The position numbers and the translations under genes are program-made. Below, in pieces: positions 17,652-27,592 of a stretch of 54,460 nt of DNA. This DNA is from Mycobacterium phage prophiGD12-2, in the sequence record MW584207.1. The stretch is one strand, 5' to 3'. The notes below the pieces were generated by a model. The model had not been told where the DNA came from. It ran no database searches and saw nothing but the letters and a program-made list of their open reading frames with translations. Each line of letters opens with the position of its first letter. The stretch's first letter is position 1.

Positions 17652-18326
17652 ATGACCACCATCGCCAAGGGCAGCACCGTCGAGCTGTGCGCGCACCCGG
17701 ATTGCAAGCGCGACAACGGCAAGCCAGCACACACGCCGGACGGCATGTGCCAAAGCTGCCAGCGCCGCGTCGCCACCGCACTGGAGCGCGTTGTGCTCGA
17801 TTGGGTTCAGCTGCACCAGCTCCCCGCACCCAACAAGGGCGACAAGATGCGCGGCGCCAAGGTCAAGGACTACGGCCACCCAGCTGAATGGGCCTCGGAC
17901 ATGCTCACGAAGATCGCCATATGCCTACGGGCAGCACATGACAACCTCGCAAGCACGCTAGCCGAGCAAGGGCACGAGGCCCCTGGCGAGGACTACCCCA
18001 GTGAGCGCGCCGCCGTCATCGCCGCACACACCTACCTGTCGGTGCGCATCGACAAGCTGTGCCGCCAGGAATGGGCGCCGGACATCATCGCCGAATGGCA
18101 TGGGCTGCACTCGAAAGTACGCAGCCAGCTCGGCCTGACGCGGCCACGTATCGCCCTGCCAACACCGTGCCCCGACTGCGACATGCGGACCCTGACGCGC
18201 TACATCGACGTGCAGCGCGACTGGATTGAGTGCGGCAACTGCCAGACGCAGATCCGCAGCGAGCACTACCCGCTATGGACGCGGATGGTGCTGGATGAGA
18301 TCGTAACCCCAGCTCAGAAGGTGTAG
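17652..18326 (+). CDS. Hypothetical Cys-rich protein (zinc-finger-like)
   Basis: CAHPDCK...CQSCQRR...CPDCD...CGNCQ. Confidence 0.45.
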   Translation: MTTIAKGSTVELCAHPDCKRDNGKPAHTPDGMCQSCQRRVATALERVVLDWVQLHQLPAPNKGDKMRGAKVKDYGHPAEWASDMLTKIAICLRAAHDNLASTLAEQGHEAPGEDYPSERAAVIAAHTYLSVRIDKLCRQEWAPDIIAEWHGLHSKVRSQLGLTRPRIALPTPCPDCDMRTLTRYIDVQRDWIECGNCQTQIRSEHYPLWTRMVLDEIVTPAQKV

Positions 18327-18345
18327 TAATACGATTCTTGCACTT

Positions 18346-18362
18346 CTAATATTTTATATTAG
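18346..18362. promoter_or_regulatory. AT-rich perfect palindrome CTAATAT-TTT-ATATTAG upstream of the low-GC gene
   Basis: Sits in a 45-bp AT-rich island (18327-18371), against a 64% GC background. Confidence 0.45.
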
Positions 18363-18371
18363 GATCGTGAA

Positions 18372-18728
18372 ATGGCTACTATACAAACAGTTGTTCCCGA
18401 TGAATTCGCTGCCGTCTTCGAAGAAGCCGCCTCGGCGCGAGGACTGACCGTCTCCTCCTATGCCCGCCAGGTGCTCATGGGCGCAGTCAAGACTGACGGG
18501 ACGTTCTTTGGCGTCGTCATGTGCCGCGCCAATTCCGAAGTCGATTCAAAACGATGGTTCGCCAAGGCAATGCCATACGCACACGCCGAAGTGGTTGACG
18601 GAGCATTGATCTTCCGCAATCCAGGCGGAAGAGCGGAAGTTGTTATTGCACCCGGACGATGGCGCGAATGCAGCAGGCGACTCGATGTTGATCGTGACGT
18701 CTTCGATGCCTCCGTCGACTTGGAGTGA
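18372..18728 (+). CDS. Ribbon-helix-helix-like protein (CopG/antitoxin-like N terminus) with an unknown C-terminal domain. Low-GC moron.
   Basis: N-terminal EFAAVFEEAASARGLTVSSYARQVLMGAV RHH pattern. About 56% GC. SD AGGA 7 nt upstream. Confidence 0.5.
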   Translation: MATIQTVVPDEFAAVFEEAASARGLTVSSYARQVLMGAVKTDGTFFGVVMCRANSEVDSKRWFAKAMPYAHAEVVDGALIFRNPGGRAEVVIAPGRWRECSRRLDVDRDVFDASVDLE

Positions 18729-18872
18729 AAACACCTCACGGTGACACACCGTGACGCCCAAAGATGCGGAATGCCCTGTGTTACATGTACTATCGAAGCG
18801 ACTGACAGAGCTATACCCAAACACCGGACCCCTTCGCCCGCGCGGAGGGGTTTTCGCATTTCAGGGGAGTTC

Positions 18873-19109
18873 ATGACTGCGGTACTCGCGCCGGATGGCG
18901 CCGAATCCCTCGTCACCGCCGAAGAAGCGGCCACCATCTGCGGTGTCCGGTCCGTCACTGTCCGCCAATGGGCTTCACGCGGCTACGGCCCCGCCAAGTC
19001 CAGGACCAGGCTTCCTCAGTGCGGCATAGACGATCGCGGCCGCAAGCTCTACCGGCTGCTCGATGTCGCCAAGGCTGAGCACGCAACAAGGGCACTCGCC
19101 CGCAGATGA
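18873..19109 (+). CDS. HTH DNA-binding protein (excisionase/MerR-like)
   Basis: AEEAATICGVRSVTVRQWASRGY. SD AGGGGAG upstream. The longest ORF starts at 18741. Confidence 0.45.
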   Translation: MTAVLAPDGAESLVTAEEAATICGVRSVTVRQWASRGYGPAKSRTRLPQCGIDDRGRKLYRLLDVAKAEHATRALARR

Positions 19110-19218
19110 GCCGATGCCTGGTGCGCCAGATCGAAAACCAGGCAAGACTATTGACCCAAAGTCAAATCAGGCATGACGCAGACGCGACAGACGATATCTG
19201 CGCAGAAAATCGACCGCC

Positions 19219-19812
19219 TTAATGATCTCCTTGAGCGCGAAGTTTCTTAACCACGTCCGGCACCGGCACAATCCCATCCGGATCAGTACTGCCATTGATT
19301 AGGTTCAAGCCCATCCGCCGTAGCCTTCGGTTTGACTCCCGGATCCTGTCAGTTAGCTGTCGCTCTCGCTCATCAGCGATGGCCATGAATTCGCGGACCG
19401 CCAGGTCGAAGGGCGTATCTCCGAAAGTTGTTACTGGAGGTGATGGTCGGCGGTCAAGGTTGGCCTCCGAGAAGTCTGCTAACCCAATAGTCAACTTGCC
19501 GAGCATGGTCAACTTGACACGATCTATGTGCGTCTGGACCCTCGCGCTACGCTCTGGCGTGGACAACGAACCGTCCCGCAATTCGACCAAATTGGCCAGC
19601 CCAATGTCTCGTTGAGTCGGATCATCTGACAGAGCCCTGGTGAGCGCGGCCTCCTGACGGGATTGAAATTCGTTGTCCCGCATGAGTTCATCACGCTGTT
19701 TCTCCAACTGCACGAGCCGCCGATGCTTCAGGTATGCGATCACACTCGGCGGTGTCGCCGAAACAAACGCGGTGACAGCAGCCGTTGCAACGGCAATCCA
19801 GAATGTCGCCAT
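19219..19812 (-). CDS. Membrane-anchored hypothetical protein (N-terminal TM helix), reverse-oriented
   Basis: MATFWIAVATAAVTAFVSA hydrophobic N terminus. 197 aa. Confidence 0.5.
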   Translation of the reverse strand: MATFWIAVATAAVTAFVSATPPSVIAYLKHRRLVQLEKQRDELMRDNEFQSRQEAALTRALSDDPTQRDIGLANLVELRDGSLSTPERSARVQTHIDRVKLTMLGKLTIGLADFSEANLDRRPSPPVTTFGDTPFDLAVREFMAIADERERQLTDRIRESNRRLRRMGLNLINGSTDPDGIVPVPDVVKKLRAQGDH

Positions 19813-19856
19813 CTACGAATTCTACCGCCGGATGGCATGGTCAGAGGATTGAAAAC

Positions 19857-20132
19857 ATGACCGGCCGCAACACCACGCTACGAGACAAGCACAGGCGCTA
19901 CCTCGCCCGTGGACGACCACCATGCCACCACTGCGGCGAGCCCATCGACTACGAGGCCAATCACCTTGAGCCACTGAGCTATCAGGTTGACCACCTCATC
20001 CCCTTATCCAAGGGCGGCACAGACACACTGGACAACAAGGTGCCATCGCACCGACAGTGCAACCGGGACAAAAGCGACAAGCTGCCCGAAGACATCGGCG
20101 CCAACTTCGTCACCGAAAGGTGTTGGTGGTAA
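19857..20132 (+). CDS. HNH endonuclease
   Basis: CHHCGEPID...HLIPLSKGGTDTLDN...HRQCNRDK. SD AGAGGA 8 nt upstream of ATG 19857. Confidence 0.7.
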   Translation: MTGRNTTLRDKHRRYLARGRPPCHHCGEPIDYEANHLEPLSYQVDHLIPLSKGGTDTLDNKVPSHRQCNRDKSDKLPEDIGANFVTERCWW

Positions 20133-20764
20133 AGACAGAGACGTACAAGTGCCAGCAATGCGGCACAGACGTTGTACGGAATATCTCTCGTGGCCAGCGC
20201 CCCAAGTGGTGTGATCGATGCCGGGCCAATGTTCGTACCAGCCAGCCTTGCCCGATCTGTTCTGCTCCAGTTGCAAAGCGGGCGAGGTATTGCTCGCGAA
20301 AGTGCGCGCAATCGATACGCCCCCGGAAGCCCAAGGTCTCGTCTAAAGCGCCTGTTGACACAAGAGGTCCGCTGAGGCGAGCGTACGAGGACAAAGACCA
20401 TGCGGGCGTGATCGCGGCCATCAAATCCATGGCTGTAATCGATACTGCAACCGGGTGTTGGAACTGGAGCCGCCGCACAAAGGGGGGCTATCCAGTGCGA
20501 CAGATCGGCAGCAAGAGCGTTGCAGTACACAGGCTCGCGCTGGAGTCATCACTGATGAAGCCACTCGGGACTCAGGCCGCACACCACACCTGCGCCAACA
20601 GTCGGTGCGTCAACCCTGGCCACCTCCAGCCTGTGACGCACAGAGAGAACCTTGCCGAAATGCTCGCCCGCAAGGCATACGTAACCCGCATCCGTGAGCT
20701 TGAGCAAGCGTTGGCCGCGCTAGCGCCGTCGCACCCATTGCTCAGCGCTGTTGACATCGCCTAA
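20126..20764 (+). CDS. Zinc-ribbon plus HNH (HNH_3/AP2-like) nuclease domain protein
   Basis: CQQCG...CDRC, CPIC...CSRKC. GGYPVRQIGSKSVAVHRLALE...HHTCANSRCVNPGHL...THRENL. GTG 20126 overlaps the upstream stop. Confidence 0.55.
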   Translation: MVKTETYKCQQCGTDVVRNISRGQRPKWCDRCRANVRTSQPCPICSAPVAKRARYCSRKCAQSIRPRKPKVSSKAPVDTRGPLRRAYEDKDHAGVIAAIKSMAVIDTATGCWNWSRRTKGGYPVRQIGSKSVAVHRLALESSLMKPLGTQAAHHTCANSRCVNPGHLQPVTHRENLAEMLARKAYVTRIRELEQALAALAPSHPLLSAVDIA

Positions 20765-20862
20765 TTGTCGACCCCGACCACCCACATGCCCCTCCCCTGC
20801 CGCCTAGTCGCCCCTCGTGGCATAGGCGGGCATCTACACACCATGTTTTTTCCGCCAGAGCG

Positions 20863-21330
20863 TCATGACGGGTAGTAGTCCTGCATAGATAGGGTGGCCA
20901 TCTTTGTCATGGCGTCGAGTAAGCGATCGAAGTCATCAGGCGACCCGGAACCTGAGCCTGAGCTGGGATTGTTCTGCCGTGCCGGTTGTGGCGCTGCTGG
21001 GGCGATGACGCAGCGTTTGATCGTCAAGGGGTGAGTGAAACCACGGCTGTCAAGCGCCGATACCTCAAGGTTTGGCTTGGCATGCCAGCAATAGGTCAGC
21101 TGCCGTTCCCGGCAGTCTGGACAAAGAGCGGCGAGGGCTTTCTGGGTTTCGTGGTATCGGCCGCCAAGGGTGAAGACGGCACCGCGATCGGTTAGCCGAA
21201 AGGCAACGTGTGTACGGCCTTTCTCGATCAGTCCGCGTACATCCCATGCAGTTGCGAGGTAGGCGATTTTGGATTCAAGAACTATGAGCGCGTCGTAGTC
21301 AGGCATGTTTCTGATCGTGCCAGCTTGCAC
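20863..21330 (-). CDS. Hypothetical protein (possible PD-(D/E)xK-like D..LESK motif), reverse-oriented
   Basis: 155-aa ORF. Function not recognised. Confidence 0.4.
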   Translation of the reverse strand: MQAGTIRNMPDYDALIVLESKIAYLATAWDVRGLIEKGRTHVAFRLTDRGAVFTLGGRYHETQKALAALCPDCRERQLTYCWHAKPNLEVSALDSRGFTHPLTIKRCVIAPAAPQPARQNNPSSGSGSGSPDDFDRLLDAMTKMATLSMQDYYPS

Positions 21331-21332
21331 AC

Positions 21333-21581
21333 ATGAGGGGAACTGTTTTGTCTGAAGCCGTTTCAGCTGCCGCCAGGAGCGGCACGCGCCGGGAGTTGCT
21401 TGTCGCTACGCGTGATCGCATCGCGCGGACGGTAGATGATCCGGGGACGTCACCGCGTGATTTGGCGGCGTTGACGAGGCGTTTGATGGATATCGCCGCC
21501 GAGATTGAGGCCATTGACCTCAAGGCCGGGACTGACAATCCGATCACGGAGGCGGCGCAGGTTCCTGATGAGGCGATGTGA
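21333..21581 (+). CDS. Putative terminase small subunit
   Basis: Small gene immediately upstream of and overlapping the large terminase. An alternative TTG start lies at 21348, with SD GAGGGG. Confidence 0.4.
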   Translation: MRGTVLSEAVSAAARSGTRRELLVATRDRIARTVDDPGTSPRDLAALTRRLMDIAAEIEAIDLKAGTDNPITEAAQVPDEAM

Positions 21582-23053
21582 GTGTTGCCGCGCTGAAGGC
21601 CAAGGCGCGGTATGTCGTTGAGCCTGGCGGCATCGTTTCGACGGAGTGGCCGTCCGTCTGCGCGATCTGCAACCAGATGGGTATCGAGTTCGATGATTGG
21701 CAGGATGGGCTGGGGCGTCTGATTTTGGCTAAGCGTGCCGATGGTTTGTATGCCTCGGACACCACGGCCATTTCGATACCGCGCCAGTCAGGTAAGACGT
21801 TTCTGATCGGCGCGATTGTGTTCGCGCTGTGTATCAAATACCCCGGCTTGCGGTGTATTTGGACCGCGCACCTGTTCAAGACGGCGCGCGAGACGTTCGA
21901 GTCGATGCAGTCGACAGCTGAGCTGCCAGGTGTGAAGCCGTACATCAAAAACATCTATCGCGGTGCCGGTGACGAAAAGATCGTCTTCGAAAACGGTTCC
22001 AAGATCATGTTCGGCGCCCGCGAGCGCGGCTTTGGTCGCGGCTTCCCGAACATCGGCGTGCTGATTTTCGATGAGGCGCAGATCCTTACGTCGAAGGCGC
22101 TCGATGACATGACGCCATCTACGAACGTTGCGAAGAACCCGCTCATTTTGACGATGGGCACACCGCCCAAGCCGGAGGACCCGAGCGAGTTTTTCACCAC
22201 TCAGCGTCTCGACGCTGGTATCGAGGCCGACGACGAAGACTACGCCGGGCTCGATGACGATGACGACGATGTGCCGCGTGAGTCGCTGTACGTCGAGTTC
22301 TCAGCGGACCGGGGATGCGACCCGAGTGACAAGACTCAGTGGCGCAAGGCCATTCCAGCGTTCCCGAACCGCGTCAGTGAGCGGGCGGTACGCCGCATGC
22401 GCAAAATCCTGGGCGAGGCCTCATTCCTTCGGGAAGGTCTCGGCATCTGGGACAAGATCGTCAGGACCAAGCGCATCATTTCAAAGCGCCTGTGGGCCTC
22501 GGCGATCGACATTGGCCCAGACAGCGATGCGACGCCCTCGGCGATCGGTGTCGACATGTCACATGGGCGCGAGCTGTCCATTTCGGCAGCGTGGGTGCTC
22601 GAAGGTGGGCGCGTCCACGTCGAAGAGGTCTGGAGCGGCTTCGACATTTCGGCCGGCAAAAACTGGTTGGTCGAGACATCGAAACGCATTGACATCCTGA
22701 TCGATTCAGCTTCGCCCGCGTCGGCGCTACTACCTGACCTGCTAGCCAGGCGGTGCCGGGCTCGCCAAACCACAGCGCAGGACATGGCCAAAGCCTGCGG
22801 CGCCTGGATGGATGCGATCGACTCCGAACTTTTGGACGACGGCCTACCACTGCTGACCCATAGCGGTCAGGAAGCACTCACCAAGGCAGTCGCCGGGGCC
22901 CAGAAGCGGCCCATCCGCGACGCAGGCGGCTTCGGCTGGGATCGGTCGGACGACGCCGTGAACATTGCGCCTCTGGTGTCGGGAAGCCTTGCGCTACTTG
23001 GCGCAACCACTAACGGACCTCGGAAACGGACCACCAGAAAGGCGGTGTACTAG
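21578..23053 (+). CDS. Terminase large subunit
   Basis: VLIFDEAQ Walker B-like terminase ATPase motif. 491 aa. Followed by the portal gene. Confidence 0.8.
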   Translation: MSVAALKAKARYVVEPGGIVSTEWPSVCAICNQMGIEFDDWQDGLGRLILAKRADGLYASDTTAISIPRQSGKTFLIGAIVFALCIKYPGLRCIWTAHLFKTARETFESMQSTAELPGVKPYIKNIYRGAGDEKIVFENGSKIMFGARERGFGRGFPNIGVLIFDEAQILTSKALDDMTPSTNVAKNPLILTMGTPPKPEDPSEFFTTQRLDAGIEADDEDYAGLDDDDDDVPRESLYVEFSADRGCDPSDKTQWRKAIPAFPNRVSERAVRRMRKILGEASFLREGLGIWDKIVRTKRIISKRLWASAIDIGPDSDATPSAIGVDMSHGRELSISAAWVLEGGRVHVEEVWSGFDISAGKNWLVETSKRIDILIDSASPASALLPDLLARRCRARQTTAQDMAKACGAWMDAIDSELLDDGLPLLTHSGQEALTKAVAGAQKRPIRDAGGFGWDRSDDAVNIAPLVSGSLALLGATTNGPRKRTTRKAVY

Positions 23054-24532
23054 ATGGTTGCACCGCCCGCAGACCTGGCCCGCTTCATGGACACCGGCGA
23101 GTTGTCCGGTCAGGAAGTCCAGTACCTCGGACGGCTGCGCAGCCAGTTGGCTCAGGCTCGCCGCGCCAACGAGAAGAAATACACGCTGTACGAAGGCAAG
23201 CACAAGGCGCGCAATCTGGATATCGCGGTGCCGCCGCACCTTGCTGACCTTGAGGTGTTTGTCGGCACGCCCGGCATTGTGGTCGACGTGCTCGCTGAGC
23301 GCGTCGAGTGGGACGGCTGGTCGGTGCTCGACGGCGACAGCACCGTCTTGGATGAGGCATACCGGGACAACGCCCTTGAGGTTGAGCAGGCCCGGCAGGC
23401 GGTCGATTCGCTGATCTGCGGCATGGGCTTTGTCAGTGTCGGTACCGGCGATCAAGAGCTGAATGAGCCAGCTGTGGTGGTCGGTGCTGAGTCCCCTATG
23501 GAAACGACTGTGCTGTGGGATTCCCGGCGCCGTATCGAGGCTGCTGGCCTGATCCAGCGCCGTGACCCACTGACCGCCGCGGTGACTACCGAGGTGCTGT
23601 ACACCCCGCAGGCAACGGTGACGTTGCCGCGCGGCGGCGATGGCCGTGTCACCGAGGTTCAGCGCGATGACCACAACCTCGGCGTGGTGCCGATTGTCCA
23701 GTTCCCGAACCGTGAGCGGCCCTCCGATATTCGGGGCCGCTCTGAGATAACCCCGCCTGTGCGGTATGCGACCGAAGCTATCGGCCGCACCTTGCTCGGC
23801 ATGGAAATCAACCGCGAGTTTTACACCGCGCCACAGCGGTACGGCCTTGGCGTTGACCCGGCCCAGTTCGGCATTGACGAGAACACCCCGGCGGGCGAGA
23901 AGCTGATCAAGCAGTGGAACGTGGCTATGTCGCGAATGAACTTCATTCCGCCGCCAGAGCCAGGCGACCCGATGCCGCAGGTCGGCCAGTTCACTCCGGC
24001 GCCACCGACACCGTATATCGAGCAGATCAAGCACTACCTACAACACGTCTCGGCTGAGTCGGCGATCCCATGGAACTACCTTGGCTTTGCCACCGACAAC
24101 CCGCCGTCTGCGGACGCGGTGCGTGTGCTGGAGTCGCGGCTAGTAAAGCGCGCCTTGCTGCGCCAGCGTATGTGGTCGCGGGCATGGCGCCAGGTGGCTT
24201 ACCTGATCGTCAAGCATCGTGACCCGCAGGCGACGATGGCCGCTGTCAGCGGCGTCGCACCGAACTGGCTCAACCCTGCCACGCCCACACCCGCATCGGA
24301 TGCTGACCGGGTTTCCAAGCTGATCGCATCCGATGTCCTGGAGCCCAATTCCAAGGTGACGTACCGCGAGGTCGGTATTTCCGAGGCCGATCAGAAGATC
24401 ATGGGACAGGAACGCCGACAGAACATGGTCGCCAAGCTGGTCGACCGGTTGTCGAATTCGCCTGTGCAAGAGGTTCCCCCACCGCCGCAGGGCGCGACGC
24501 CGGAGTTGGTGGATGCCAACCGAGGCAGCTGA
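23054..24532 (+). CDS. Portal protein
   Basis: 492 aa immediately after TerL. Typical position and size. Confidence 0.7.
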   Translation: MVAPPADLARFMDTGELSGQEVQYLGRLRSQLAQARRANEKKYTLYEGKHKARNLDIAVPPHLADLEVFVGTPGIVVDVLAERVEWDGWSVLDGDSTVLDEAYRDNALEVEQARQAVDSLICGMGFVSVGTGDQELNEPAVVVGAESPMETTVLWDSRRRIEAAGLIQRRDPLTAAVTTEVLYTPQATVTLPRGGDGRVTEVQRDDHNLGVVPIVQFPNRERPSDIRGRSEITPPVRYATEAIGRTLLGMEINREFYTAPQRYGLGVDPAQFGIDENTPAGEKLIKQWNVAMSRMNFIPPPEPGDPMPQVGQFTPAPPTPYIEQIKHYLQHVSAESAIPWNYLGFATDNPPSADAVRVLESRLVKRALLRQRMWSRAWRQVAYLIVKHRDPQATMAAVSGVAPNWLNPATPTPASDADRVSKLIASDVLEPNSKVTYREVGISEADQKIMGQERRQNMVAKLVDRLSNSPVQEVPPPPQGATPELVDANRGS

Positions 24533-25418
24533 GTTTCAGCTACTCCTGACTCGGCTCACCGTCGAGCTGGGCGGGGAAATCGCAGACCTACTGGCCCGCA
24601 TCGCCGGAATGCAGCCGGTTGAGCAGATGGCGTATATCACCGCCGCCTACCCGGAAGTGGTGACGCCGTACCTGGCCGCGTCCAATGACCTGACGCAGAC
24701 CTGGTACGAAGCTCAGCCGGTGGTCGCGGCGCCGTCAGCGCCCACGTTTGAAACGGTGGCCGCTCCCCTGCTCGATATTGAGGCGTTAGCCATTTCGGGA
24801 CGCTGGTCACTGACGCAGGGCAAGCCTGTCGAGGCTTTACAGGGCTCGGCGACGCGCTCGGTGTTCGATCAGTCGCGGCGCACCATCTCCGACAATGTGG
24901 AGCGCGAGACCGGCGCCCGGTGGGCCCGCTACGCCTCGGCGAACGCGTGCAACTTCTGCAAGATGCTCGCCACACGCGGCGCGGTGTACACGTCCGAGGC
25001 GTCGGCCCTGGGGGTCACTGGTCGCAGCGTGAACCTGGAGACATCGGACCGGCGCGCCATCGCGGCCGGACAGATGACCCGCGACGAAGCCCTGGCTCGA
25101 CGCTCTACGTTCCGCTCGGCGTGCGAGGCGGGCAAGCGCGGACGGCAGGTCGGTGATGCCCGTGTCGGTGCGCTGCGCGGCTCGCAGCAGTACGGCGATA
25201 AGTATCACGACTGGTGCCACTGCATCGCGGTGGCGGTGCGCCCTGGCGGTTCCTACGAGCCGCCGTCATACGTCGAGCAGTGGGACAAGCAATACGCCGC
25301 AGCGGTGACCGCCACTCGCGAGGCGGGCCAAACCAAGGGCAAGTACGGCGCCATCGACTTCAAAGCGGTACTGCGCCACATGGATGCGCAACAGCGCGAA
25401 CAGACCTCCACCCCATAG
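24513..25418 (+). CDS. MuF-like minor capsid / head morphogenesis protein
   Basis: NACNFCKMLATRGAVY and HDWCHC (an HxxCRC-like motif of the Mu F / SPP1 gp7 family). Confidence 0.55.
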   Translation: MPTEAAEFQLLLTRLTVELGGEIADLLARIAGMQPVEQMAYITAAYPEVVTPYLAASNDLTQTWYEAQPVVAAPSAPTFETVAAPLLDIEALAISGRWSLTQGKPVEALQGSATRSVFDQSRRTISDNVERETGARWARYASANACNFCKMLATRGAVYTSEASALGVTGRSVNLETSDRRAIAAGQMTRDEALARRSTFRSACEAGKRGRQVGDARVGALRGSQQYGDKYHDWCHCIAVAVRPGGSYEPPSYVEQWDKQYAAAVTATREAGQTKGKYGAIDFKAVLRHMDAQQREQTSTP

Positions 25419-25485
25419 CGGGGCGTGAGCGCGGACGGCCAGCGTCAAATCGGCCGGGTAATGCTGACGAGCTACGGAGATTTTC

Positions 25486-26121
25486 ATGACTACAGTTCTG
25501 CCGACCCATCCCCGAACTGGATTGACTGCACTTGCTATTGGCAAGCGCGGCCCGATCTGGCCCGTGGCTGGGGCTTCGTCCGATCACGACCAGGACAACG
25601 GCGACAAGGGATCTGGTGACGCCAAGTTCACTCAGGCCGATGTGGAGCGCATCATCGGCGAGCGCCTGACCCGTGAGCGCGCCGAGGTCGCCAACAAATA
25701 CGGCGACCTGGATGTACTCAAGTCCAGCCACACCGAGCTGCAAGCGATCAAGGATCGCGACAAGACGGACGCTGACAAGGTTCAGGATCAAATCGCCGAT
25801 CTGCAAACCAAATTGGCTGCCGAGGCCGAGGCCCGCACCAAGGCCGAAGCGAAGGCGGCGGCGGCTGAGCGCACACAGTACGGCGTCGACAAGGGGCTGC
25901 CGCTGGCGCTCGCCAAGAAGCTGGTCGGGACCACCGACGCCGAGCTTGACGCCGAAATCAACGAACTCAAGCCCTTTGTGGCTACCACCGATGGCGGTCC
26001 ACGGCCCCCGGCGCCCAATCAGCACCAGGGCCAACCCCCCGGCGGCAAGAGCACCAAGCCGTCCTCGGTGTCCGCTGGCGCAGAGCTGTACACGAAGTCA
26101 CACCCGAAACCCAACGCGTAG
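25486..26121 (+). CDS. Scaffolding protein
   Basis: Central charged coiled-coil (KDRDKTDADKVQDQIADLQTKLAAEAEARTKAEAKAAAAE), upstream of the capsid gene. SD GGAGA upstream. Confidence 0.6.
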   Translation: MTTVLPTHPRTGLTALAIGKRGPIWPVAGASSDHDQDNGDKGSGDAKFTQADVERIIGERLTRERAEVANKYGDLDVLKSSHTELQAIKDRDKTDADKVQDQIADLQTKLAAEAEARTKAEAKAAAAERTQYGVDKGLPLALAKKLVGTTDAELDAEINELKPFVATTDGGPRPPAPNQHQGQPPGGKSTKPSSVSAGAELYTKSHPKPNA

Positions 26122-26165
26122 CACAGGACTCGCCTGCGCTATCCCAACTCCCATAAGGAGGAAAA

Positions 26166-26540
26166 ATGGATCTCACTGTTCGCACTGAGACCTTTGGTGC
26201 AGGTAACCAGTCCTGGCTTGGTTCCAAGCACGGTACCGACGCATGCCGGACCGTCACCATCGATCGCGAAGCCCTGGTTAAGGAAACCCACTACCCGGAC
26301 GGTCGGCTCAAGTCTGGCCTGCCGCTGGCCAAGGTGGGCGACACCTATGTGCCGTACGCCACTGGCGGCGCCAATGGTGCTGGCGTACTTGCCGGTTTCC
26401 TGTTCACCGACCAGTCGGTCCGCGATGGCGGCGGCGACATCGTTGCCCCGCTGCTCGACCACGGGCGCGTGATCCTGTCCAAGCTCCCCGCCACGGTCGC
26501 CGCTGACGCGGACACCACTGGCCTGTTCGTTTTCGTCTAA
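26166..26540 (+). CDS. Head decoration-like protein
   Basis: 124 aa with a strong SD AAGGAGG, immediately upstream of the capsid gene. Confidence 0.45.
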   Translation: MDLTVRTETFGAGNQSWLGSKHGTDACRTVTIDREALVKETHYPDGRLKSGLPLAKVGDTYVPYATGGANGAGVLAGFLFTDQSVRDGGGDIVAPLLDHGRVILSKLPATVAADADTTGLFVFV

Positions 26541-26554
26541 GGAAGGGCTGAACA

Positions 26555-27592
26555 ATGACTCTATGGACTGATGTCATCACCCCGGCCGCACTGACCGGGT
26601 ATGCCCGCGAAGCGCTGGCCGACCGCGAACGCCGCAAGGGCTCCCTGGCCGCGTTCCTGCCGAACCGTACCGTGCCGGACATCGTTGCTCGTTTCGTCAA
26701 GGGCGACAACGGCCTTCTGGACGCGGCCGAGTACCGCTCGTACGACGCAGAGGTCAGCATCGGGGAGACTCCCGGCGCTGAGCGCGTCACCATCGAGCTG
26801 CCCCCGCTGGGCCGCAAGGTGCGCGTGTCCGAGTATGACCAGCTGCGCCTGCGTGGCAACGTCGACTCTGACACGGTGCTGTCGACGGTGCTCAAGGAGG
26901 CCAAGCGCCTCGCCTACGCCATCAGCGACAAGCTGGAAGTGATGCGCGGCAAGGTCATTGACAGCGGCAAGGCCGCAATCAATGAGAACGGCTTCATCGC
27001 CACCGCCGACTTCGGTCGCGGCGCCGCCTTCGCCGTCACCGCCGCAACCCCGTGGTCCGATCCGGCCTCCAAGCCGCTGACCGATCTGCGGCTGTGGCGT
27101 GATGCCTACGTCGAAGAGAACGGCGACGAGCCGGGCGTCATCCTGACTTCGCGCCGGGTGCTCAACGCGCTCATGCTGTCTGCCGAGATGAAGGCCTTGG
27201 CCACCAACTCGGCTACCGCGCCGGGACTGGTGACCGAAGACTTTGTACAGGCCACCTTATCCGCGTACGGCCTTCCCCCGATCGCGGTGTTCGACCGCCG
27301 CGCCAAGGTGGCTGGCCAGACTGTCCGCATCCTGCCGGAGAACAAGCTGTACCTGCTGCCCGCGCCGGTCGATGCGTATGCAGAGGACGGCACCGACCTC
27401 GGTGCGACCGTCTGGGGCACCACCCTGGAGTCCTCCGAGCCGGATTACGAGATTGCCGAGGTTGACCGCCCCGGCATCGCGATGGGTGCTTTCAAGACCC
27501 GCGACCCGATCGGTGTGTGGGTTCACGGCGCCGCCATCGGCCTGCCGGTGTTGGCCAATGCCAACCTGTCCATGGCCGCAAAGGTGCTGTAG
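26555..27592 (+). CDS. Major capsid protein
   Basis: 345 aa. SD AGGAAGGG. Position after the scaffold. N terminus W..V..P..LTGY.REAL resembles the E-family MCP. Confidence 0.65.
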   Translation: MTLWTDVITPAALTGYAREALADRERRKGSLAAFLPNRTVPDIVARFVKGDNGLLDAAEYRSYDAEVSIGETPGAERVTIELPPLGRKVRVSEYDQLRLRGNVDSDTVLSTVLKEAKRLAYAISDKLEVMRGKVIDSGKAAINENGFIATADFGRGAAFAVTAATPWSDPASKPLTDLRLWRDAYVEENGDEPGVILTSRRVLNALMLSAEMKALATNSATAPGLVTEDFVQATLSAYGLPPIAVFDRRAKVAGQTVRILPENKLYLLPAPVDAYAEDGTDLGATVWGTTLESSEPDYEIAEVDRPGIAMGAFKTRDPIGVWVHGAAIGLPVLANANLSMAAKVL

